Shown: positions 1 to 10,700 of the stretch, piece after piece
How the letters are laid out: each line of letters begins with the position of its first letter
Numbering within the stretch: position 1 is the stretch's first letter
Source of the DNA: Laetmonice hystrix
Taxonomy: Eukaryota
DNA: 64,000 bases
Reading direction: 5' to 3'
Assembly (NCBI GenBank): GCA_965235115.1
Contig: OZ249436.1
Location: 24,988,001 to 25,052,000, forward strand
Notes under the pieces: model-generated
What the model was told of the DNA's origin: nothing
Database searches by the model: none
The model's input: the letters and a program-made list of their open reading frames with translations, nothing else
Translations under genes and position numbers: made by a program

Positions 1-84
1 TACAGGCCTAATGCGAAGCTCCCAGCCTAAAACGAGTTTCCAATTAATTTAAAGTTAACAAGATGCACTAATAATCGATTCCAA

Positions 85-96
85 GCCTAATTAGGC
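85..96. other. Perfect 12-bp palindrome GCCTAATTAGGC, once per unit
   Basis: Read directly; preceded by the 8-bp palindrome AATCGATT at 73-80. Confidence 0.85.
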
Positions 97-767
97 CATT
101 GCTAGTTGGATAACCAAATCTCATACAAAATACACCCTCCCGGCAGATGACCTGAGAATATTCAACTCTTATGTCCGATATATCCCTGTCCGCTTAGTAG
201 CACCCAGCCGGGCCCCCATTTTGACATTGCAACACCAATACAGCAAGTGCCCAGCTAACAGCACAAATAACAGGATTCAGGGCTTCCTACCACGTTACAA
301 GTCACAATAGATTGCTGCCTGTCGTAAAAATATACCAGACCATTTTAAAAAGTCACAGAACCCCAATCCGGCCCTAATATGTCACTCCCAGTACCAATAG
401 ACGCTGGAAGCACCATCAACTGAAATTCAGGCCTAGAACCCACCTCTCTCTACCAATATCATGCACCTAGTCCGTATACGAGGTTGTAATTTCCTTTAAT
501 CAACGGGCTGCGCCGCAGCAACCCACTCTGGTCTTTGCAATCTTTTTCAATATGCGTTAACATTTGTGACCAGCTCAACGCGCCTTGTAAAATTTTTCAA
601 AGTGCGTAAAAGTGTGTGTCCACCCCGACACGCTTTCCAAACCACTATACCCACCGAGCGACATCCACTCAAATACAGGCTTCGACCGATCCTCACTGTG
701 CCAATAATCCGCCACAAGGCAAATTCAGTCAATGCAAGCTGGAAAATCGAATGTCAAACCTAATGCT

Positions 768-775
768 CCCCCCCC
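768..775 (+). repeat. Length-variable poly-C tract (C8-C12), one per unit
   Basis: TAAT(G/A)CT-Cn-AGCACG: C8 in unit 1, C10 in units 2-3, C11 in unit 4, C12 in units 9, 33 and 36. Confidence 0.9.
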
Positions 776-867
776 AGCACGTTAACTGAAAAAAATCAAC
801 TAGCTTGAAAACTAGAATATAGCTTTGTTTAGCTAACAATCTACTCTCCCAGCGCCATCAACTCGCA

Positions 868-1753
868 TACAGGCGTAAAAGCAAACGCACTGCCCCATAT
901 AATGCTCCCAGCATAAAACGATGTTGCAATTAATTTAAAATTAACAAGATGCACTAGTAATCCGATCCAAGCTTAATTACGTCATTGCTAGTTTCATAAC
1001 CAAATCTCACAGAAAATACCCCACCCGGGCACATAACCTGAAAATATTCAACTTTTATCTCCAATGTATCCCTGTGCACCTAGTAGCACCCAAGCGGGCC
1101 CAATTTTGACATTCCAACACAAATACCGCAAATACCCGCCTAATGGCACAAAAAACTTTCTACCCCGTTGCAAGTCACATTAGCTTGCTGCTTGTCGTAA
1201 AAAATGGTGCAGACCATTTCTAAAGTCACAGTACCCCACTCCCGGCCTAATATTACGTTTCAGTATCCATATACGCTGCAAGCGGCAGGAACTCGAATAC
1301 AGGCCTAAAAGTAACCCCAGTCTAGCAATATCATACTCTCATGCCATATACGAGCTTGTAATTATCTTTAATTAATGGGCTCCGCAGCACCAACCCACTG
1401 CATTAACATTTGTTTAACAGCTTAACGCACCTTGTAAAAAAATTTTCAAGTGCGTAAAAATGCGTGTCCACCTCCACATACTTTAAAAATCACTATACCC
1501 ACCCAGCGACATTCACTCTAATACACGCCTAAGAGGAACTTCACTGTCCCATTTGATTCTCCAGCACGTATAGGATGTTTCAAGTAACATTTATCCACGG
1601 TCTGGCCCAATAACGTGCAACAAGGCATAGTAAGTCAATGCGAGCTCGCATGTCAAACCTAACCCGCCCCCCAGCACATGAGCTGAAAATATTCAAATAG
1701 CTTGAAAACTAGAATATAGCTTTGCTTAATACCATTATACCATCAACTCGCAT
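868..1753 (+). repeat. Subunit B (~886 bp) of the 1754-bp unit, diverged paralogue of subunit A
   Basis: Starts TACAGGCGTAA vs TACAGGCCTAA in A, with the same block order. Roughly 70-80% identical by eye, with several indels (B-only ~1552-1609; A-only ~527-552). Confidence 0.95.
1638..1651. other. Perfect 14-bp palindrome ATGCGAGCTCGCAT (contains a SacI site), once per unit except type-b-like units
   Basis: Read directly; broken to ATGCGACCTCGCAT in units 2, 9, 28, 29, 30 and 36. Confidence 0.9.
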
Positions 1754-4700
1754 TACAGGCCTAATGCGAAGCTCCCAGCCTAAAACGAGTTTCCAATTAA
1801 TTTAAAGTTAACAAGATGCACTAATAATCGATTCCAAGCCTAATTAGGCCATTGCTAGTTGGATAACCAAATCTCATACAAAATACACCCTCCCGGCAGA
1901 TGACCTGAGAATATTCAACTCTTATGTCCGATATATCCCTGTCCGCTTAGTAGCACCCAGCCGGGCCCCCATTTTGACATTGCAACACCAATACAGCAAG
2001 TGCCCAGCTAACAGCACAAATAACAGGATTCAGGGCTTCCTACCACGTTACAAGTCACAATAGATTGCTGCCTGTCGTAAAAATATACCAGACCATTTTA
2101 AAAAGTCACAGAACCCCAATCCGGCCCTAATATGTCACTCCCAGTACCAATACACGCTGGAAGCACCATCAACTGAAATTCAGGCCTAGAACCCACCTCT
2201 CTCTACCAATATCATGCACCTAGTCCGTATACGAGGTTGTAATTTACTTTAATCAACGGGCTGCGCCGCAGCAACCCACTCTGGTCTTTGCAATCTTTTT
2301 CAATATGCGTTAACATTTGTAACCAGCTCAACGCGCCTTGTAAAATTTTTCAAAGTGCGTAAAAGTGTGTGTCCATCCCGACACGCTTTCCAAACCACTA
2401 TACCCACCGAGCGACATCCACTCAAATACAGGCTTCGACCGATCCTCACTGTGCCAATAATCCGCCACAAGGCAAATTCAGTCAATGCAAGCTGGAAAAT
2501 CGAATGTCAAACCTAATGCTCCCCCCCCCCAGCACGTTAACTGAAAATAATCAACTAGCTTGAAAACTAGAATATAGCTTTGTTAAGCTAACAATCTACT
2601 CTCCCAGCGCCATCAACTCGCATACAGGCGTAAAAGCAAACGCACTGCCCCATATAATGCTTCCAGCCTAAAACGATGTTGCAATTAATTTAAAATTAAC
2701 AAGATGCACTAGTAATCCGATCCAAGCCTAATTACGTCATTGCTAGTTTCATAACCAAATCTCACAGAAAATACCCCACCCGCGCACATAACCTGAAAAT
2801 ATTCAACTTTTATCTCCAATGTATCCCTGTGCACCTAGTAGCACCCAAGCGGGCCCAATTTTGACATTCCAACACAAATACCGCAAATACCCGCCTAATG
2901 GCACAAAAAACTTTCTACCCCGTTGCAAGTCACATTAGCTTGCTGCTTGTCGTAAAAAATGGTGCAGACCATTTCTAAAGTCACAGTACCCCACTCCCGG
3001 CCTAATATTACGTTTCAGTATCCATATACGCTGCAAGCGGCAGGAACTCGAATACAGGCCTAAAAGTAACCCCAGTCTAGCAATATCATACTCTCATGCC
3101 ATATACGAGCTTGTAATTATCTTTAATTAATGGGCTCCGCAGCACCAACCCACTGCATTAACATTTGTTTAACAGCTTAACGCACCTTGTAAAAAATTTT
3201 CAAGTGCGTAAAAATGCGTGTCCACCTCCACATACTTTAAAAATCACTATACCCACCCAGCGACATTCACTCTAATACACGCCTAAGAGGAACTTCACTG
3301 TCCCATTTGATTCTCCAGCACGTATAGGATGTTTCAAGTAACATTTATCCACGGTCTGGCCCAATAACGTGCAACAAGGCATAGTAAGTCAATGCGACCT
3401 CGCATGTCAAACCTAACCCGCCCCCCAGCACATGAGCTGGAGATATTCAAATAGCTTGAAAACTAGAATATAGCTTTGCTTAATACCATTATACCATCAA
3501 CTCGCATTACAGGCCTAATGCGAAGCTCCCAGCCTAAAACGAGTTTCCAATTAATTTAAAGTTAACAAGATGCACTAATAATCGATTCCAAGCCTAATTA
3601 GGCCATTGCTAGTTGGATAACCAAATCTCATACAAAATACACCCTCCCGGCAGATGACCTGAGAATATTCAACTCTTATGTCCGATATATCCCTGTCCGC
3701 TTAGTAGCACCCAGCCGGGCCCCCATTTTGACATTGCAACACCAATACAGCAAGTGCCCAGCTAACAGCACAAATAACAGGATTCAGGGCTTCCTACCAC
3801 GTTACAAGTCACAATAGATTGCTGCCTGTCGTAAAAATATACCAGACCATTTTAAAAAGTCACAGAACCCCAATCCGGCCCTAATATGTCACTCCCAGTA
3901 CCAATAGACGCTGGAAGCACCATCAACTGAAATTCAGGCCTAGAACCCACCTCTCTCTACCAATATCATGCACCTAGTCCGTATACGAGGTTGTAATTTA
4001 CTTTAATCAACGGGCTGCGCCGCAGCAACCCACTCTGGTCTTTGCAATCTTTTTCAATATGCGTTAACATTTGTGACCAGCTCAACGCGCCTTGTAAAAT
4101 TTTTCAAAGTGCGTAAAAGTGTCTGTCCACCCCGACACGCTTTCCAAACCACTATACCCACCGAGCGACTTCCACTCAAATACAGGCTTCGACCGATCCT
4201 CACTGTGCCAATAATCCGCCACAAGGCAAATTCAGTCAATGCAAGCTGGAAAATCGAATGTCAAACCTAATGCTCCCCCCCCCCAGCACGTTAACTGAAA
4301 AAAATCAACTAGCTTGAAAACTAGAATATAGCTTTGTTTAGCTAACAATCTACTCTCCCAGCGCCATCAACTCGCATACAGGCGTAAAAGCAAACGCACT
4401 GCCCCATATAATGCTCCCAGCCTAAGACGATGTTGCAATTAATTTAAGATTAACAAGATGCACTAGTAATCCGATCCAAGCCTAATTACGTCATTGCTAG
4501 TTTCATAACCAAATCTCACAGAAAATACCCCACCCGCGCACATAACCTGAAAATATTTAACTTTTATCTCCAATGTATCCCTGTGCACCTAGTAGCACAC
4601 AAGCGGGCCCAATTTTGACATCCCAACACAAATACCGCAAATACCCGCCTAATGGCACAAAAAACTTTCTACCCCGTTGCAAGTCACATTAGCGTGCTGC

Positions 4701-7700
4701 TTGTCGTAAAAAATGGTGCAGACCATTTCTAAAGTCACAGTACCCCACTCCCGGCCTAATATTACGTTTCAGTATCCATATACGCTGCAAGCGGCAGGAA
4801 CTCGAATACAGGCCTAAAAGTAACCTCAGTCTAGCAATATCATACTCCCATGCCATATACGAGCTTGTAATTATCTTTAATTAATGGGCTCCGCAGCACC
4901 AACCCACTGCATTAACATTTGTTTAACAGCTTAACGCACCTTGTAAAATTTTTTCAAGTGCGTAAAAATGCGTGTCCACCTCCACATACTTTAAAAATCA
5001 CTATACCCACCCAGCGACATCCACTCTAATACACGCCTAAAAGGAACTTCACTGTCCCATTTGATTCTCCAGCACGTATAGGATGTTTCAAGTAACATTC
5101 ATCCACGGTCTGGCCCAATAACGTGCAGCAAGGCATAGTAAGTCAATGCGAGCTCGCATGTCAAACCTAACCCGCCCCCAAGCACATGAGCTGAAAATAT
5201 TCAAATAGCTTGAAAACTAGAATATAGCTTTGCTTAATACCATTATACCATCAACTCGCATTACAGGCCTAATGCGAAGCTCCCAGCCTAAAACGAGTTT
5301 CCAAATAATTTAAAGTTAACAAGATGCACTAATAATCGATTCCAAGCCTAATTAGGCCATTGCTAGTTGGATAACCAAATCTCATACAAAATACACCCTC
5401 CCGGCAGATGACCTGAGAATATTTAACTCTTATGTCCGATATATCCCTGTCTGCTTAGTAGCACCCAGCCGGGCCCCCATTTTGACATTGCAACACCAAT
5501 ACAGCAAGTGCCCAGCTAACAGCACAAATAACAGGATTCAGGGCTTCCTACCACGTTACAAGTCACAATAGATTGCTGCCTGTCGTAAAAATATACCAGA
5601 CCATTTTAAAAAGTCACAGAACCCCAATCCGGCCCTAATATGTCACTCCCAGTACCAATACACGCTGGAAGCACCATCAACTGAAATTCAGGCCTAGAAC
5701 CCACCTCTCTCTACCAATATCATGCACCTAGTCCGTATACGAGGTTGTAATTTACTTTAATCAACGGGCTGTGCCGCAGCAACCCACTCTGGTCTTTGCA
5801 ATCTTTTTCAATATGCGTTAACATTTGTAACCAGCTCAACGCGCCTTGTAAAATTTTTCAAAGTGCGTAAAGTGTGTGTCCACCCCGACACGCTTTCCAA
5901 ACCACTATACCCACCGAGCGACATCCACTCAAATACAGGCTTCGACCGATCCTCACTGTGCCAATAATCCGCCACAAGGCAAATTCAGTCAATGCAAGCT
6001 GGAAAATCGAATGTCAAACCTAATACTCCCCCCCCCCCAGCACGTTAACTGAAAATAATCAACTAGCTTGAAAACTAGAATATAGCTTTGTTTAGCTAAA
6101 AATATACTCTCCCAGCGCCATCAACTCGCATACAGGCGTAAAAGCAAACGCACTGCCCCATATAATGCTCCCAGCCTAAAACGATGTTGCAATTAATTTA
6201 AAATTAACAAGATGCACTAGTAATCCGATCCAAGCTTAATTACGTCATTGCTAGTTTCATAATCAAATCTCACAGAAAATACCCTTCCCGGGCAGATAAC
6301 CTGAAAATATTCAACTTTTATCTCCAATGTATCCCTGTGCACCTAGTAGCACACAAGCGGGCCCAATTTTGACATTCCAAGACAAAAACCGCAAATACCC
6401 GCCTAATGGCACAGAAAACTTTCTACCCCGTTGCAAGTCACATTAGCTTGCTGCTTGTCGTAAAAAATGGTGCAGACCATTTCTAAAGTCACAGTACCCC
6501 ACTCCCGGCCTAATATTACGTTTCAGTATCCATATACGCTGCAAGCGGCAGGAACTCGAATACAGGCCTAAAAGTAACCCCAGTCTAGCAATATCATACT
6601 CCCATGCCATATACGAGCTTGTAATTATCTTTAATTAATGGGCTCCGCAGCACCAACCCACTGCATTAACATTTGTTTAACAGCTTAACGCACCTTGTAA
6701 AATTTGTTCAAGTGCGTAAAAATGCGTGTCCACCTCCACATACTTTAAAAATCACTATACCCACCCAGCGACATCCACTCTAATACACGCCTAAAAGGAA
6801 CTTCACTGTCCCATTTGATTCTCCAGCACGTATAGGATGTTTCAAGTAACATTCATCCACGGTCTGGCCCAATAACGTGCAACAAGGCATAGTAAGTCAA
6901 TGCGAGCTCGCATGTCAAACCTAACCCGCCCCCAAGCACATGAGCTGAAAATATTCAAATAGCTTGAAAACTAGAATATAGCTTTGCTTAATACCATTAT
7001 ACCATCAACTCGCATTACAGGCCTAATGCGAAGCTCCCAGCCTAAAACGAGTTTCCAATTAATTTAAAGTTAACAAGATGCACTAATAATCGATTCCAAG
7101 CCTAATTAGGCCATTGCTAGTTGGATAACCAAATCTCATACAAAATACACCCTCCCGGCAGATGACCTGAGAATATTCAACTCTTATGTCCGATATATCC
7201 CTGTCCGCTTAGTAGCACCCAGCCGGGCCCCCATTTTGACATTGCAACACCAATACAGCAAGTGCCCAGCTAACAGCACAAATAACAGGATTCAGGGCTT
7301 CCTACCACGTTACAAGTCACAATAGATTGCTGCCTGTCGTAAAAATATACCAGACCATTTTAAAAAGTCACAGAACCCCAATCCGGCCCTAATATGTCAC
7401 TCCCAGTACCAATAGACGCTGGAAGCACCATCAACTGAAATTCAGGCCTAGAACCCACCTCTCTCTACCAATATCATGCACCTAGTCCGTATACGAGGTT
7501 GTAATTTACTTTAATCAACGGGCTGCGCCGCAGCAACCCACTCTGGTCTTTGCAATCTTTTTCAATATGCGTTAACATTTGTGACCAGCTCAACGCGCCT
7601 TGTAAAATTTTTCAAAGTGCGTAAAAGTGTCTGTCCACCCCGACACGCTTTCCAAACCACTATACCCACCGAGCGACATCCACTCAAATACAGGCTTCGA

Positions 7701-10700
7701 CCGATCCTCACTGTGCCAATAATCCGCCACAAGGCAAATTCAGTCAATGCAAGCTGGAAAATCGAATGTCAAACCTAATGCTCCCCCCCCCCAGCACGTT
7801 AACTGAAAAAAATCAACTAGCTTGAAAACTAGAATATAGCTTTGTTTAGCTAACAATCTACTCTCCCAGCGCCATCAACTCGCATACAGGCGTAAAAGCA
7901 AACGCACTGCCCCATATAATGCTCCCAGCCTAAGACGATGTTGCAATTAATTTAAGATTAACAAGATGCACTAGTAATCCGATCCAAGCCTAATTACGTC
8001 ATTGCTAGTTTCATAACCAAATCTCACAGAAAATACCCCACCCGCGCACATAACCTGAAAATATTTAACTTTTATCTCCAATGTATCCCTGTGCACCTAG
8101 TAGCACACAAGCGGGCCCAATTTTGACATCCCAACACAAATACCGCAAATACCCGCCTAATGGCACAAAAAACTTTCTACCCCGTTGCAAGTCACATTAG
8201 CGTGCTGCTTGTCGTAAAAAATGGTGCAGACCATTTCTAAAGTCACAGTACCCCACTCCCGGCCTAATATTACGTTTCAGTATCCATATACGCTGCAAGC
8301 GGCAGGAACTCGAATACAGGCCTAAAAGTAACCTCAGTCTAGCAATATCATACTCCCATGCCATATACGAGCTTGTAATTATCTTTAATTAATGGGCTCC
8401 GCAGCACCAACCCACTGCATTAACATTTGTTTAACAGCTTAACGCACCTTGTAAAATTTTTTCAAGTGCGTAAAAATGCGTGTCCACCTCCACATACTTT
8501 AAAAATCACTATACCCACCCAGCGACATCCACTCTAATACACGCCTAAAAGGAACTTCACTGTCCCATTTGATTCTCCAGCACGTATAGGATGTTTCAAG
8601 TAACATTCATCCACGGTCTGGCCCAATAACGTGCAGCAAGGCATAGTAAGTCAATGCGAGCTCGCATGTCAAACCTAACCCGCCCCCAAGCACATGAGCT
8701 GAAAATATTCAAATAGCTTGAAAACTAGAATATAGCTTTGCTTAATACCATTATACCATCAACTCGCATTACAGGCCTAATGCGAAGCTCCCAGCCTAAA
8801 ACGAGTTTCCAATTAATTTAAAGTTAACAAGATGCACTAATAATCGATTCCAAGCCTAATTAGGCCATTGCTAGTTGGATAACCAAATCTCATACAAAAT
8901 ACACCCTCCCGGCAGATGACCTGAGAATATTCAACTCTTATGTCCGATATATCCCTGTCCGCTTAGTAGCACCCAGCCGGGCCCCCATTTTGACATTGCA
9001 ACACCAATACAGCAAGTGCCCAGCTAACAGCACAAATAACAGGATTCAGGGCTTCCTACCACGTTACAAGTCACAATACATTGCTGCCTGTCGTAAAAAT
9101 ATACCAGACCATTTTAAAAAGTCACAGAACCCCAATCCGGCCCTAATATGTCACTCCCAGTACCAATACACGCTGGAAGCACCATCAACTGAAATTCAGG
9201 CCTAGAACCCACCTCTCTCTACCAATATCATGCACCTAGTCCGTATACGAGGTTGTAATTTACTTTAATCAACGGGCTGCGCCGCAGCAACCCACTCTGG
9301 TCTTTGCAATCTTTTTCAATATGCGTTAACATTTGTGACCAGCTCAACGCGCCTTGTAAAATTTTTCAAAGTGCGTAAAGGTGTGTGTCCACCCCGACAC
9401 GCTTTCCAAACCACTATACCCACCGAGCGACATCCACTCAAATACAGGCTTCGACCGATCCTCACTGTGCCAATAATCCGCCACAAGGCAAATTCAGTCA
9501 ATGCAAGCTGGAAAATCGAATGTCAAACCTAATGCTCCCCCCCCAGCACGTTAACTGAAAAAAATCAACTAGCTTGAAAACTAGAATATAGCTTTGTTTA
9601 GCTAACAATCTACTCTCCCAGCGCCATCAACTCGCATACAGGCGTAAAAGCAAACGCACTGCCCCATATAATGCTCCCAGCCTAAGACGATGTTGCAATT
9701 AATTTAAGATTAACAAGATGCACTAGTAATCCGATCCAAGCCTAATTACGTCATTGCTAGTTTCATAACCAAATCTCACAGAAAATACCCCACCCGCGCA
9801 CATAACCTGAAAATATTCAACTTTTATCTCCAATGTATCCCTGTGCACCTAGTAGCACCCAAGCGGGCCCAATTTTGACATTCCAACACAAATACCGCAA
9901 ATACCCGCCTAATGGCACAAAAAAACTTTCTACCCCGTTGCAAGTCACATTAGCTTGCTGCTTGTCGTAAAAAATGGTGCAGACCATTTCTAAAGTCACA
10001 GTACCCCACTCCCGGCCTAATATTACGTTTCAGTATCCATATACGCTGCAAGCGGCAGGAACTCGAATACAGGCCTAAAAGTAACCCCAGTCTAGCAATA
10101 TCATACTCTCATGCCATATACGAGCTTGTAATTATCTTTAATTAATGGGCTCCGCAGCACCAACCCACTGCATTAACATTTGTTTAACAGCTTGACGCAC
10201 CTTGTAAAAAATTTTCAAGTGCGTAAAAATGCGTGTCCACCTCCACATACTTTAAAAATCACTATACCCACCCAGCGACATTCACTCTAATACACGCCTA
10301 AGAGGAACTTCACTGTCCCATTTGATTCTCCAGCACGTATAGGATGTTTCAAGTAACATTCATCCACGGTCTGGCCCAATAACGTGCAACAAGGCATAGT
10401 AAGTCAATGCGAGCTCGCATGTCAAACCTAACCCGCCCCCCAGCACATGAGCTGAAAATATTCAAATAGCTTGAAAACTAGAATATAGCTTTGCTTAATA
10501 CCATTATACCATCAACTCGCATTACAGGCCTAATGCGAAGCTCCCAGCCTAAAACGAGTTTCCAATTAATTTAAAGTTAACAAGATGCACTAATAATCGA
10601 TTCCAAGCCTAATTAGGCCATTGCTAGTTGGATAACCAAATCTCATACAAAATACACCCTCCCGGCAGATGACCTGAGAATATTCAACTCTTATGTCCGA

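Larger units (their letters stand above)
1..867 (+). repeat. Subunit A (~867 bp) of the 1754-bp unit (first copy; present in every unit)
   Basis: Colinear with 868-1753. For example, 18-130 vs 904-1016 aligns ungapped with about 16 mismatches, and 801-827 is identical to 1698-1724. Confidence 0.95.

Noticed and set aside
547..763. Recurrent 61-aa (-), 65-aa (+) and 64-aa (+) ORFs in most units
   Set aside because: They are short, overlap on opposite strands, rely on non-ATG starts (TTG/GTG) and resemble no domain I recognise. They are broken by a 1-nt deletion in d units or by poly-C length, and the paralogous region of subunit B gives no equivalent ORF.
841..900. Decayed protein repeat on the minus strand (reads ...ACMRVDGAGRV...)
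   Set aside because: Paralogous motif copies contain stops in the same frame, and the ~58-59-bp spacing is not a multiple of three.
801..1724. CRISPR-like repeats (identical 27-bp box)
   Set aside because: The spacing is ~860-900 bp, the intervening sequences are themselves repeated rather than unique spacers, and there are no cas genes.
1..1753. Tandem 5S rRNA, tRNA, snRNA or spliced-leader RNA gene array
   Set aside because: The unit size would fit, but I could not recognise 5S, tRNA cloverleaf, U snRNA or known SL sequences on either strand. An Sm-like AATTTTGA near 1102 is too short to support a call. An Infernal/Rfam scan and RNA-seq mapping would settle it.
1..1753. Tandem LTR, MITE or Helitron-derived unit
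   Set aside because: No terminal inverted repeats, TG...CA ends with PBS/PPT, target-site duplications or coding remnants could be identified. A remote TE origin cannot be excluded without a Dfam/Repbase search.
9817..9999. 60-aa minus-strand ORF in type-e units, and the single 71-aa ORF at 8990-9205
   Set aside because: These appear only because of a 1-nt A-run expansion or a private stop-removing SNP. They are useful as haplotype markers, not as genes.
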